Below, piece after piece: positions 19,870 to 29,947 of a stretch of 64,000 nucleotides of DNA (positions within the stretch are counted from its first letter, which is position 1; each line of letters opens with the position of its first letter). The notes under the pieces are model-generated. The model searched no databases and was not told the origin of the DNA. It worked only from the letters and a program-made list of their open reading frames with translations. The position numbers were made by a program, and so were the translations under genes. The stretch is from the NCBI GenBank assembly GCA_036267475.1, contig DATAVZ010000098.1:4974-68973 (forward strand), read 5' to 3'. The DNA is from Terracidiphilus sp. GTDB lineage: Bacteria; Acidobacteriota; Terriglobia; Terriglobales; Acidobacteriaceae.

Positions 19870-20724
19870 TCAGCCCTGTTCAGGAAAATGTGCAGGCTTG
19901 CGCAGCGTAAAGATCAGGAAGGTGAATTCCAGATGATAGAGATCCCACCGGACCGACGGCCGGCAGCATTCCAGGTCAATCGGACCGGTAGGCTCGAAGC
20001 CGCAGCTTTCCGCCATGGCGATCATCTGCTCGGCATCGGATTTCGAAAAGATTTTGATCGGCGATCCATGCGCGACCTGATTCATCGTGTCGATGGGGTC
20101 CGGATAGTAGTCGGTGGAAGTAATCAGTACTCCGCCAGGCTTGAGCAGGCGAAACATCTCCTGAAAATACGCAGGCAAGGGAACGCCGTGCTCAATGACG
20201 CTCATGCAGGTGATCGCGTCAAAAAAAGCGTCGGGAAAACCCGTTCGCGTGATGTCTCCGGGCACATAGCGGATCGGTCCGCGTCGCGCCGGGTCCGCAA
20301 AGGAAAGATTCATTCCGTACAGGTGCTGGTATCCATAGGCGAACAAGGCCGGAAGCACGTTGCTGTAGAACTCCGCGCCCGCATCCAGAACAAATGCCGA
20401 TCGCGGAAAGGCGCTGGCGATTGCGTCCACGGCCGCCAGATGGTCCCAGTTCTTCTCCGCCGAGCGATGCAGCGGCAGTTGAAGCTTTTTGCCTCGCCGC
20501 GTCGCTTCCCGCCATTCGGCCTCGCTTTGCAGCACTCCATTTGGCAGCGGGACATCAGGAGAAGTCGACAGACCGCGCGTTCCGTATTTGTATCTGAGAT
20601 ACAGGCGATAGATCGGCTCGAATTGGAGAATGCTGCTCCTGATACGCCGGAAAAACCGTCGCGAGGCCGGCAGGCCGGAATGGCCCGATTGCGATGAGGA
20701 CGGCTGCTGCATGCTTTCAACCAT
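19870..20724 (-). CDS. Class I SAM-dependent methyltransferase
   Basis: VLDAGA, GDITRTGFPDAFFDAITCMSVIEH, RLLKPGGVLITS; start uncertain. Confidence 0.85.
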   Translation of the reverse strand: MVESMQQPSSSQSGHSGLPASRRFFRRIRSSILQFEPIYRLYLRYKYGTRGLSTSPDVPLPNGVLQSEAEWREATRRGKKLQLPLHRSAEKNWDHLAAVDAIASAFPRSAFVLDAGAEFYSNVLPALFAYGYQHLYGMNLSFADPARRGPIRYVPGDITRTGFPDAFFDAITCMSVIEHGVPLPAYFQEMFRLLKPGGVLITSTDYYPDPIDTMNQVAHGSPIKIFSKSDAEQMIAMAESCGFEPTGPIDLECCRPSVRWDLYHLEFTFLIFTLRKPAHFPEQG

Positions 20725-21070
20725 GTTCTTGTTATGAATGATCGCACAACGCCGGAGCCCGGCTGCCGCGAGCTTTACTCTAGGAATCCACGATGCTGCG
20801 CGTCCACACCGGCTGCCATACGGTCAGATGCCGCCAGCGCTCCTAGGCACATCTGCAAGGAGCGTACACTTTGGGCGCTTGATGACACCAACGATATCGA
20901 GCGCGTGGCGGGTGAAGATGCTTGTTCGGGTGCAACGCAAGAGTAAGGACCGGAGCGCTCAACTCCCGCTCCGAGAGGACGCCCCGGCGGCCGCGAAGAA
21001 TCGCGCCGGGTATTTCCTCCCTTTATTTGAGAGCGTCGGAACAGATAGCAGATTTTCTTCAGTCTGAAGC

Positions 21071-21220
21071 TCAATGCTTTTTGAAGTATTGAACTTCGCG
21101 TTCGTGTTGCTTCGCCTGCTCCATCGTCGAAAAGGTGCCAAGGTTGCGACGTTTTCCGGTTGAAGCGTCCTTCTTGCGTGAATACAGACGGTATTGGCCC
21201 GATTTCAATTTGCGAATCAT
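21071..21220 (-). CDS. 49 aa basic hypothetical protein MIRKLKSGQYRLYSRKKD...
   Basis: AAGGAG RBS; resembles a recurrent small bacterial family (GKRRNLGTF...A.QHEREVQYFK). Confidence 0.7.
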   Translation of the reverse strand: MIRKLKSGQYRLYSRKKDASTGKRRNLGTFSTMEQAKQHEREVQYFKKH

Positions 21221-21436
21221 AAAAGCTCCTTTGCCTGGAATGGAAGACAAGCCGTCAGGGCCCCGGCTACGCACACCTAGAAGGGTTGCCGCATCTGCCC
21301 AAATAGTTGCACCTGATGGATACGCGAACCTCCTGCGCGGCAATGCGGATCAGGTGCTCACCGCAACCGCAGAGCATTTACACCAGGACGCCAGACAGGC
21401 CGCTTATTGAACGGCACTAAAACAGTGACATCGTAT

Positions 21437-21480
21437 TCCCACCCATCTCCGCAAAAAACGCGGAAATGGATGGGGCACCC
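21437..21480. repeat. REP-like hairpin
   Basis: TCCCACCCATCTCCGCAAAAAACGCGGAAATGGATGGGGCACCC, reverse-orientation relative of 4429-4468. Confidence 0.7.
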
Positions 21481-21616
21481 CGACAGTATTTAGTTGCCGG
21501 ATCAATCGCGGCTCGATCTTCTCAGGCTTTTGGAAAGGCTCGGCTCGGAACATGGGAATCAGCATAGGCAACATCTACTTCCTGTCGTGAATCTGACAGG
21601 GAGAGGAAGCTGTGTC

Positions 21617-22522
21617 ATGGCGCGTCCATTCTGGTCCGGTCACCTGCAAATTTCATTGGTTTCATTTGGAATCAGCTTGATTCCCGCTACGGAAGCAGCC
21701 GGCGAGATTCGTTTTCACCAGATCGATCGGCGGACTGGAGAGCGTGTTCGGCATCAGAAAGTCTCCTCAGAAGACGAGGAGCCGGTCGATAAAAGCGACA
21801 TCGTGAAAGGCTATGAATACAGCAAGGGCGAATACATCCAGCTGGAGCCTTCTGAGATTGAGAACTTGAGGATTGCATCCCGTCACACGATAGAGCTCGA
21901 ACAATTTGTCCCTGCAGACGAGATCGATCCGGCGTTCTACGAGAAACCCTACTTCGTTCTGCCTGAAAATTCGGCTCAGGCAGAGGCATTCGCCGTGGTG
22001 CGCGAGGCCCTTGAGGAAACCAAGCGAGTCGGCCTTGGAAAAATCGCGCTGGGCGGCAGAGAGCGCCTCGTCGCGGTAACCCTTCCGAATGATCCGAAGT
22101 TGCGCGGGATGATGGCCTACACACTGCGTTTCGCAACCGAGTTGCGAAGCGCAGCCGAATTCTTCAAAGACATCAAAGGTCACAAGGTCGACCGTGACCA
22201 ATTGTCTTTGGCCAAGGAACTCATCCAGAGAAAGTCGGCTCCGTTCCAACCGGACAAGTTCACCGACGATTACGAAGCGGCGCTACGTGAGCTGATCGAT
22301 GCCAAGCTCAAACATGTCACCCCGCTCAAGTCGCAAGACCGCGAGCCGCGTGGAAAGGTCATCAACCTGATGGATGCTCTTCGGCGCAGCGTCGGCGAAC
22401 AGACCGCCAAGAAGAAGCCCGCGGTTCGTGCTGACGGCAAGGCTGTGAGAGATCGAGCGGGCAAGCAGGGACTTCGGTTGATGCATCCGCGCGGAGCCGA
22501 GAGACGCCGCAAGTCGGCCTGA
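21617..22522 (+). CDS. ku: NHEJ DNA end-binding protein Ku
   Basis: MARPFWSGHLQISLVS, DIVKGYEYSKGEYI, FYEKPYF, VINLMDALRRS, basic C-terminal tail. Confidence 0.96.
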   Translation: MARPFWSGHLQISLVSFGISLIPATEAAGEIRFHQIDRRTGERVRHQKVSSEDEEPVDKSDIVKGYEYSKGEYIQLEPSEIENLRIASRHTIELEQFVPADEIDPAFYEKPYFVLPENSAQAEAFAVVREALEETKRVGLGKIALGGRERLVAVTLPNDPKLRGMMAYTLRFATELRSAAEFFKDIKGHKVDRDQLSLAKELIQRKSAPFQPDKFTDDYEAALRELIDAKLKHVTPLKSQDREPRGKVINLMDALRRSVGEQTAKKKPAVRADGKAVRDRAGKQGLRLMHPRGAERRRKSA

Positions 22523-22533
22523 GCCCCCTCCTC

Positions 22534-25242
22534 ATGAGCAAACGAGAGTCACTCGCCGCTAATCCAGCCAAACGTACTTCGAAGCAGCAACTCGCAAAGT
22601 ACCGGGCGAAGCGCGATTTCAAGCTCACTCCGGAGCCAAGCGGAGACAAGCAAAAAAGCGGGAGTCAGAGCAAACGGCGCAAATTGTCGTTTGTGATTCA
22701 GAAGCACGCGGCTACCCGTCTGCATTATGACTTCCGGTTGGAGTGGGACGGAGTTCTCAAAAGCTGGGCGGTCGCCAAAGGGCCGAGCTACTATCCCGGC
22801 GACAAGAGGCTGGCGATTCAGGTCGAAGACCATCCACTCGACTACGGTGGCTTTGAGGGAATCATCCCCAAGGGACAATATGGCGGCGGCACGGTAATGC
22901 TGTGGGATCGTGGAACATGGGAACCTGTCGGGGACGCTGCGGAAGGACTTCGACATGGAAATCTCAAGTTTGTGCTGCACGGCGAGAAATTGCGCGGTCA
23001 CTGGGTTCTTGTTCGCATGGCGGGGAAATTTGCCAATCAATCCAAGCCCAGCTGGTTACTGATTAAAGAACACGATGGAGATGAACGGGCCGCAAACGAG
23101 ATTCCCATTACCGAAGAAGCACCCAAAAGCGTCCTCAGCGGGCGTGACATGGATGCCATCGCCAAGGCGCGAGATGCAGTTTGGAATTCAAGAGCCGGTC
23201 CATCAGCAGATCCAGCCGATGATCGCAATTCACCGAAGCGCACAAGGACCGATCCAGCCGCCAGACTCTCCAAATCTTCCCAAGCCAGCACCCTTTCTAA
23301 TCTGGCGTCTCGGCGGCCACATCTGCCCAGGGAGGCGCTGCCCTCGTTCGTTTCGCCGCAACTGGCTTCGATGGGTAAGTCTTCGCCAAATCGCGAAGGT
23401 TGGGTACACGAGCTCAAGCTCGATGGTTACCGTATCCAGGCTCGGGTGCAATCGGAAGGGCAGGCGTCGGTCGGACTTCTGACGCGCACCGCTTTGGACT
23501 GGACAGATCGAATGCGGCCGGTCGCCGACGCACTAGCATCTCTAGAAATTCGCAATGCTCTGTTTGACGGAGAGGTTGTGGTGCTGGCTAGCGATGGCAC
23601 GACGAGCTTCGCAAATCTACAGGCCGCATTTCAAGAGGGCGCCCGGTCTGCACTCACATACTTCATCTTTGATCTTCTCCACCTGGACGACCGAAACCTC
23701 CGTAATCTGCCGTTGTTGGAGAGAAAAGAGATTTTGGCTGAAGTACTTTCCGGTTTGCCTCCCGATAGCTCGATCCGCTTCAGCGAGCATACGGGCGGCG
23801 ACGCAAAGACTGTGTTTGACAACGCCTGCAGGCTCGGTGCTGAAGGGATTATCTCCAAGCAGGCGCAGAGCAAGTATGTCTCTGGCCGCAGCAATGCGTG
23901 GCTGAAATTCAAATGTTATCGGGAGCAGGAGTTTGTTATCGGCGGGTTCACGTTCCCCTCCAACGGCATTCGGGGTGTGGGCGCACTACTCCTGGGTTAC
24001 TACAAGAATGGGAAACTGCTTTATGCAGGCCGCACCGGGACTGGCTTCACACAGAAGACGCATCGTATGATGCGCGACCGGCTTGAGACCATCCGAAACA
24101 AGACATCACCGTTCGCGACGGTCCCAACTCAAATGTGCCGTGGCGTGCATTGGGTCAAACCAGAGCTTGTGGCGCAAGTCTCGTTTGCTAACTGGACCAC
24201 AGACAATATCGTGCGCCAGGCGGCCTTCAAGGGTTTGCGCGAGGACAAGCCTCCAAAGTCGGTTCAACGGGAGGAAGAGCAGGTGGCGCAGAAACGAGAG
24301 AAGGCGAAATCCGGAACGAAGCCGATTCGACGGGAAACAGCACGGGGCAAGCAAATATTCGTGGGAGCATACTCATCGAGGCCGCTGCCGATTCGGTTAA
24401 CGCATCCCGACAAAGTGCTCGACTCGGACTCGGGCCTCACCAAGGAGGGGCTCGCTCACTACTATGCCGCAATTGCCTCACACATGTTGCCGCACATCAA
24501 CGGCCGGCCCCTGTCACTCGTTCGCTGCATGAATGGGAGCAGCAAACCCTGCTTCTTCCAGAAACATGCCAATGAGACGCTGCCGCCCGACATCGAAAGT
24601 GTCGACATCGTCGACAAGAAGACCGGCACGCCAGAGCCTTACATCACACTATCGACGCCTGAAGCGCTCATCGAACTTGCTCAGGTGAACGTATTGGAAA
24701 TCCATTCTTGGGGATCAAAGAACAGCTCTCTCGAAATGCCCGATCGAATTGTTGTTGACCTCGATCCCGACACGACAATCGACTGGAAGATGCTCGCAGC
24801 CAGCGCAATTGAAGTGCGAGAGAGAATGAAGGCCGCCGGCCTTGCGTCTTTTCTCAAGATAACCGGTGGAAAGGGTCTGCATGTCGTGGCTCCGATACGG
24901 CCGGAGCATGATTGGCTTGCAGTGAAAGATTTCGCTCATCGCATGGTGCTTGCTATGGAGGCGGACAACCGCTCGCTCTTTCTCACGCGCATGACGAAAG
25001 CCGCGCGCAAGGGCAAGATCTATCTCGACTACCTGCGCAACGAACGAGGAGCCACTTCGATTGCGCCTTTTTCTCCGCGTGCGCGGGAGGGAGTATCCGT
25101 CGCCCTTCCATTGGATTGGTCTGAATTGAGGTCAACTGAGCGGCCGATTTTCCGCGTATCGGACTTCGCTGAATGGAAAAAACGGCTGCATCGCGATCCC
25201 TGGAGAGAAATGCTGAAAACGGCACCACGCCTGAAAATCTAG
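22534..25242 (+). CDS. ligD: DNA ligase D (phosphoesterase-ligase-polymerase)
   Basis: PE motif QKHAATRLHYDFRLE, ligase ELKLDGYR and EGIISK, polymerase CFFQKH and DLDP. Confidence 0.97.
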   Translation: MSKRESLAANPAKRTSKQQLAKYRAKRDFKLTPEPSGDKQKSGSQSKRRKLSFVIQKHAATRLHYDFRLEWDGVLKSWAVAKGPSYYPGDKRLAIQVEDHPLDYGGFEGIIPKGQYGGGTVMLWDRGTWEPVGDAAEGLRHGNLKFVLHGEKLRGHWVLVRMAGKFANQSKPSWLLIKEHDGDERAANEIPITEEAPKSVLSGRDMDAIAKARDAVWNSRAGPSADPADDRNSPKRTRTDPAARLSKSSQASTLSNLASRRPHLPREALPSFVSPQLASMGKSSPNREGWVHELKLDGYRIQARVQSEGQASVGLLTRTALDWTDRMRPVADALASLEIRNALFDGEVVVLASDGTTSFANLQAAFQEGARSALTYFIFDLLHLDDRNLRNLPLLERKEILAEVLSGLPPDSSIRFSEHTGGDAKTVFDNACRLGAEGIISKQAQSKYVSGRSNAWLKFKCYREQEFVIGGFTFPSNGIRGVGALLLGYYKNGKLLYAGRTGTGFTQKTHRMMRDRLETIRNKTSPFATVPTQMCRGVHWVKPELVAQVSFANWTTDNIVRQAAFKGLREDKPPKSVQREEEQVAQKREKAKSGTKPIRRETARGKQIFVGAYSSRPLPIRLTHPDKVLDSDSGLTKEGLAHYYAAIASHMLPHINGRPLSLVRCMNGSSKPCFFQKHANETLPPDIESVDIVDKKTGTPEPYITLSTPEALIELAQVNVLEIHSWGSKNSSLEMPDRIVVDLDPDTTIDWKMLAASAIEVRERMKAAGLASFLKITGGKGLHVVAPIRPEHDWLAVKDFAHRMVLAMEADNRSLFLTRMTKAARKGKIYLDYLRNERGATSIAPFSPRAREGVSVALPLDWSELRSTERPIFRVSDFAEWKKRLHRDPWREMLKTAPRLKI

Positions 25243-25674
25243 CCCCTGCAGCCCGGGATTGCTATCTAGATTATGAGGGTGACTTTATTGCGGGGAACTA
25301 CAGGATTGGGGCGGAACAAGGTAACAGATCGTTCAGGCAGGGGAAATGGGAGTGCAGGGTATGGTGGCCGATTGTAAGGCCGCGGCCGCGTGGCAAGCGA
25401 CCGAATTACTGTCGGAAGATCAGATCGACAAGTACTGCTTATAACTGGAACGTTCGATGTCAAGCCCGATAAGCACTCTACGCCGAACTTTTGATCGCGC
25501 GACAAAGCCGCAAATCTTCGTGGTGAGTCTGACTGATTTGGCGATCAGTCAGACTCCCACGTAACAGCATGAGAAGTTTGTAGAACTCTGGTATCGAGTG
25601 TGTCAGTTCCCATGTTCTTCGGGAATCTCAATACTGCGAGTGTAATGCCGTGAATTGGAGTCGAACCGGATGGA

Positions 25675-25944
25675 TCAGTCCCCTGACGTGGCTCGACCGA
25701 CCAAAAATCCGAGAATGATGCCGACCGCGAGTGACGCCAGCACGGATTCAGTCGGACTGCGCCTAACCCGCTTGTTGGTGTCATTGACAAACTGTTCTAC
25801 GGCATCACGCCCATCTCTGGCTGCACGCTTCGCCGTACCTAAGCCATCCTCGACCGCGTCCGCGACAGAAGATGCAAATCGAGAAGCCCCATGGACAGAT
25901 TCTCCGATGGAGTCGCTTGTTCTGCCTAAAACTGATTTTGCCAT
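25675..25944 (-). CDS. ElaB/YqjD/DUF883-like tail-anchored small protein
   Basis: Amphipathic N-terminal part, then VRRSPTESVLASLAVGIILGFLVGR C-terminal anchor; GGAG RBS. Confidence 0.7.
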   Translation of the reverse strand: MAKSVLGRTSDSIGESVHGASRFASSVADAVEDGLGTAKRAARDGRDAVEQFVNDTNKRVRRSPTESVLASLAVGIILGFLVGRATSGD

Positions 25945-26325
25945 TTTGTTTTCTCCTTTCACTCCAGTTATGAGTCGGAAATATAAGCAGACCTCAGATA
26001 GAATGCAGGAAGCAAACTAGTACCCGCACACGAGAACCTTCTTGATTCCGTCCTTAATTTATAGATGCACAAATCGGAAGTGACGGCCTACGGCCTGAGG
26101 TTCGCCATTGGTTCCCATGATCGCGGATTGGACAAGAATGATCGCACTTAGATTAAGCGCGGCACAAGATCATCTGCGGCAAAAGCAACACCTGTATCCG
26201 TAGCGCGGCTACTGCCGGGCCGCTTCACCAAATCGTCCCGAAGTTCAGCGTCGCGGTCCGGCTTCGGTCGATACGGCTCCCAGATTCATCTCCAGACGAT
26301 CAGGAGTTCCAATTTTCGCATCCCG

Positions 26326-26757
26326 TTAAATTCGGATGAGCGCGATTCCGGATTCTGGATCGACCTGCTTCTGCAGGTGTTCAGGATTTTCGGTGAGAAT
26401 GATCTCGCACGTTGGACGAACTATCGCGCTCAAGAGGTGGCCGCCGTGCGCCGTCCCATCCGCACGTCCCACTACCAGATGGGCGTGAACCTGCGGTTCG
26501 CCGTCTTTCAGGGCGATGTCCCCAATTAGCGACAGTAATTCAACCTGCTCTTCCAACTTGACTGCCGTCTGATATGTCTTGGCCTCCCAGTTGAACCATC
26601 CTAGTTCCACCCGGCTTAAGGCTCCGATGGCCTTGAAACTGCTCCCGGCAAAACCCTCAGCTCCGGCGATCTTCTTAAGACAAGCAAGAATTTCTTCACC
26701 GGGATCGAGAATGATTGCAAAAGTTTTCGGATTGTCTGCGATCTGTTTGGAGCGCAT
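26326..26757 (-). CDS. PPC domain (DUF296) protein
   Basis: LDPGEEIL, AIGAL, ELLSLIGDIA, HAHLVVG...GGHL, TCEI. Confidence 0.9.
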   Translation of the reverse strand: MRSKQIADNPKTFAIILDPGEEILACLKKIAGAEGFAGSSFKAIGALSRVELGWFNWEAKTYQTAVKLEEQVELLSLIGDIALKDGEPQVHAHLVVGRADGTAHGGHLLSAIVRPTCEIILTENPEHLQKQVDPESGIALIRI

Positions 26758-27167
26758 CTCGTCGCCTCTGCACTCTCGGATGCAAATGACAGAGCACGCG
26801 GCCACATTGCTCAAAGGGCGCGCTGTATTTGGACTTCGATCTGATCATTGACGCGGGACTGGATTGAGTTGGTAGTCGGCTACTTTGCATCTGTTGAGAG
26901 GGCTGCGATTGGAGCCGTTATCAACGCGGGCCAAAACCCCAAGCCTTCCACTCAACCTTGATTACGCCGTGAAGGCGTTCAACCTCTGATACCAGCTTGG
27001 GAATTCGCGCGCGAATGCGGTTCTTGAAGGGTGGGTGCCTGCAGTCGAGCAGATGGACCGGACGGGGCGGCAGGCGAAGCTGGGAAAGAATCAAAAGGCT
27101 GCCGATGAAGTCTTCCCAAGTTTTCCTAACCTGGTGGAAGGAGGTTCTTCTAAGCTTTTGAATTGAT

Positions 27168-27212
27168 TGGTGGACGCGGTAGGAATCGAACCTACAACCT
27201 GTCGGTTAAGAG
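27168..27212. other. att core duplication (3' half of tRNA-Lys)
   Basis: TGGTGGACGCGGTAGGAATCGAACCTACAACCTGTCGGTTAAGAG, identical to 38522-38566. Confidence 0.95.
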
Positions 27213-27375
27213 AACAAAATCTAACGTAATATCAACGACTTACGCGCAACGGCTGGCAGCCTAAAGTATTGAAAAGTAACGGTGAGTAATTCTTACTGTG
27301 GGGTCATTGTGGGATGAAATCTGCTCCCATCCATTACCCACGTTTGCACCGAACGATCACCGAACGGTCGTTCTC

Positions 27376-27645
27376 TCAGGCAGCGTGTTCGATGTCCAAC
27401 TGGTCATCAATGGCTTTCCAGTTTGCCGCTGCCCGAAGCATGGCGTCGAATGCTTTCTCTTTCGTGATGATTCCGAGTGCCAGCAGGTGTACAGCCGTGG
27501 TTACCTTATTCAACGGCAGGCAATAAACGTCAAAGTCATCAAGCGTGAGGCCGCTCCGCTTGAAGAATCGGTTGTGCTTCGATATGTGTTCTTCGATCTC
27601 GTAATCCATCACGTGGTCGGTCGTTTTCACGATCATCGTTTTCAT
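27376..27645 (-). CDS. Hypothetical protein (89 aa), element accessory region
   Basis: AGGAG RBS and protein-like composition; no family recognised. Confidence 0.65.
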   Translation of the reverse strand: MKTMIVKTTDHVMDYEIEEHISKHNRFFKRSGLTLDDFDVYCLPLNKVTTAVHLLALGIITKEKAFDAMLRAAANWKAIDDQLDIEHAA

Positions 27646-27864
27646 AGTGGTCTCCTTGACTCCCGATCATGCCGGGGCCGGGTTGTGGGCAGAGTGCTGC
27701 CGTGGATGGTGTCAGAGGGTGCCCGTCTTCTGGATTACCCTCATGCCTCTAGGAGTGAGCGGTGTTGATGTGCTGAAGGTAGCCCGACAGAGAGCAGAAA
27801 GCAACAACTCTTTGGTGCTGTTTTGGCACCGTCTTTAGTGCAGCATTTTGGTCGATTCGTGACC

Positions 27865-27893
27865 TTGACAGAATCAAATATCTATATTATTAT
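27865..27893 (+). promoter_or_regulatory. Sigma70-type promoter
   Basis: TTGACA-17 bp-TATTAT, upstream of the 27988 ORF. Confidence 0.6.
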
Positions 27894-27987
27894 GTATAAC
27901 ATACAGTCTCCATAATCTGCATGTGACGTTTAAGATTTATGCAACTTTCTGCCCTCACAATCTGCTTATCGCGGATACACTGATTGC

Positions 27988-28290
27988 ATGAAATATTTCC
28001 TCAATCTATTCACTGCCAAGCGAGCCGATGGAACTCCGCAATACCATTCCTCAATCAACCGCAAACCCATTGTGCCTGGTTCTAGGACCGGAACAAAAAC
28101 ATTCGAGAGCGAAGCCGTGTTCAAGGAAAAGTTGAGCCAGGTGCGTGATGAGATAAACATCGAAGACGTTATGGAGAGACTAGGGCATGGTGAAAAAGCC
28201 CAGAGAGATAACATTGATCTCACAGACGCGGAAGCAGCGTCCTTTGGGTGGGAGTTTCCTAATCCAAAGTCAGAGAGCGATAAAGAATAG
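27988..28290 (+). CDS. Hypothetical protein (100 aa), element accessory region
   Basis: Open frame downstream of a strong predicted promoter; no family recognised. Confidence 0.55.
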   Translation: MKYFLNLFTAKRADGTPQYHSSINRKPIVPGSRTGTKTFESEAVFKEKLSQVRDEINIEDVMERLGHGEKAQRDNIDLTDAEAASFGWEFPNPKSESDKE

Positions 28291-28522
28291 AAGGTAAACA
28301 TGAGCAGCAGCCACTCTAAGGACGCCACCAGAGTTTGAAGACACCGCAGGCCGATATATCCCACATTGACAAGACGGGCCGGGCTTTCGCCCGACCCTTT
28401 GCCAGTTCTGGGGAAGGTTCTGGTGTGCAGATAGATGAGATGTTAACGGGCGGGAGGGACTGCGGATTCAAATGCGGGGAACTGGCAATTGGAACGAGCA
28501 TACACACTGTTGGTTCCGAGAG

Positions 28523-28726
28523 CTACGTGACCAAAGAGTTAGTGATGTGAATCGAACGTGACTCGTTACCTCTGAATTCTTTGCGGAGATTATCGACCGT
28601 CTCTTTTTGCAAGAGCAGAAGAGAATCCTCCGCGTCCTGTACTTTCTTCCGAACAATGGCGTTCGTTTCCACACCGATAGATCGTTCGATGTCCAATAGC
28701 TGTTCCAATATTAAATTGGGACTCAT
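28523..28726 (-). CDS. Small helical hypothetical protein (67 aa)
   Basis: GAGAGGG RBS; amphipathic LLDIERSIGVE...VRKKVQDAEDSLLLLQKE. Confidence 0.55.
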   Translation of the reverse strand: MSPNLILEQLLDIERSIGVETNAIVRKKVQDAEDSLLLLQKETVDNLRKEFRGNESRSIHITNSLVT

Positions 28727-28908
28727 CTGCACCCTCTCAGGCGGAAAGTTTCTCCGGGTAATGAGAAAGTGGATGTAGCCGCGATTCCAAAGGTTTCCCG
28801 ATTAGGTGATAGATACGGGAGCATCCGATTACTAAAGTGATGATTTTCTAAATGATCCGTCTGGTGCCATTGGGATAATTCTAAGGTGAGCCAGCCAGAA
28901 AGGAAAAC

Positions 28909-29394
28909 ATGAGCAAAATAACAAACATCTTCAGAGCATCGGAGGTAGACACATTCACAGTGCCTGCTGCCGTCTTCAATCGGCTGCTCACCGATCCCAA
29001 GGTGAAAATGAGCACTACTATTCTTTATGCCTATATCTTGAGCAAGGCTGATTCTCCCATGGTGCGCATTTACACAGGCGATGCATTGAACGATACCGGC
29101 CTATCGCGTCCTGTGTTCATTGAAGCCAGAGAAACCCTAGTTGCGGCCAAACTCATCAAGGCAAAAGAAACCACGAAGCAAGGTGTGTGGGAGTATGAGA
29201 TTCGTTCGGAGCATGGTGGCAAGCTGGCGACATTTGAAGACTTCATTGTCTTCCGCGATTTGGCAGCCGAGCAGATTGAGGCTTACTATGCGAGTCGCCT
29301 GGGTGTGAAGAAAGCGCCCGGCCAGAAGTCAGACAACAACCTGCTCTTCTACTGCCCATTTCATTCAGAGAAAGGCAGCGACCCAAAGCACTAG
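28909..29394 (+). CDS. Putative replication initiator, N-terminal part: winged-helix domain plus first half of a primase-type zinc ribbon (CPFH); truncated
   Basis: FTVP..F..LL...TILYAYILS...TGLSRPVFIEARETLVAAKLI initiator-like wHTH; stops 9 residues after CPFH; AGGAAA RBS. Confidence 0.6.
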   Translation: MSKITNIFRASEVDTFTVPAAVFNRLLTDPKVKMSTTILYAYILSKADSPMVRIYTGDALNDTGLSRPVFIEARETLVAAKLIKAKETTKQGVWEYEIRSEHGGKLATFEDFIVFRDLAAEQIEAYYASRLGVKKAPGQKSDNNLLFYCPFHSEKGSDPKH

Positions 29395-29560
29395 CTGCGG
29401 TAGCTGTAGCGGCTGTTATCGCGCCCGCCATCAGGTTAAACGACCGTTCTATATTTTTGCTGGAGTTCAAAGCTACAGCCGATGCCTTTTCCATGCCGCT
29501 CTGAAAGCTGGCAGTTTCCGCCGAAAGAGAAATCTGAATGTTTCCAATTTTTATAGCCAA
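29390..29560 (-). pseudogene. N-terminal stub of a tail tape measure protein
   Basis: MAIKIGNIQISLSAETASFQSGMEKASAVA...MAGAITAATATAASALG; TTG start with AGGAG RBS; the rest of the formal ORF (to 29243) is antisense to the rep gene. Confidence 0.65.
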
Positions 29561-29569
29561 TGTGGTCTC

Positions 29570-29947
29570 CTATACTTTCGGTACAAGATCGGGACGGCTG
29601 GCAACTCTGCGTGCCATCTCTTCTTTAACCCATGCAGCGGTCAACGGATCAACGCGGTCATAATGGGCAGCAATCTCCTCCGGCGTCATGAACGTACCAA
29701 GCCGGGCAATGCGCTCTACTTCACAGTAGGGAATGCGGCGAGCACCAAGGATATTGATAGATTGGAGTTTTCCAGATTTCAGAAGGTTAAAAATGGTACG
29801 CTCCGAAACTTTAAGGATGCGGGCAATCTCACGGATTGTGTAAACCGGGGAAACATCATCCTTAAATTCAGGAAGGTCTGAAAGCTGTGCGAAGACTGCT
29901 TCTAAGGCCGCCTCGGTATGCGCAGGGCGAATAGGGTGTTTAGACAT
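29570..29947 (-). CDS. Excisionase/AlpA-like helix-turn-helix regulator
   Basis: VYTIREIARILKVSERTIFNLLKSGKLQSINILGARRIPYCEVER; GGAG RBS. Confidence 0.8.
   Translation of the reverse strand: MSKHPIRPAHTEAALEAVFAQLSDLPEFKDDVSPVYTIREIARILKVSERTIFNLLKSGKLQSINILGARRIPYCEVERIARLGTFMTPEEIAAHYDRVDPLTAAWVKEEMARRVASRPDLVPKV

Noticed and set aside
21617-25242. Ku-LigD as a novel system
   Set aside because: Canonical bacterial NHEJ pair with standard domain order
27168-27212. Apparent second tRNA-Lys
   Set aside because: Only the 3' 45 nt are present (no D arm or 5' acceptor strand); it is the att duplication
29243-29385. C-terminal half of the 105 aa tape-measure-like ORF
   Set aside because: Read-through into the antisense strand of the rep gene past the junction; not tape-measure sequence
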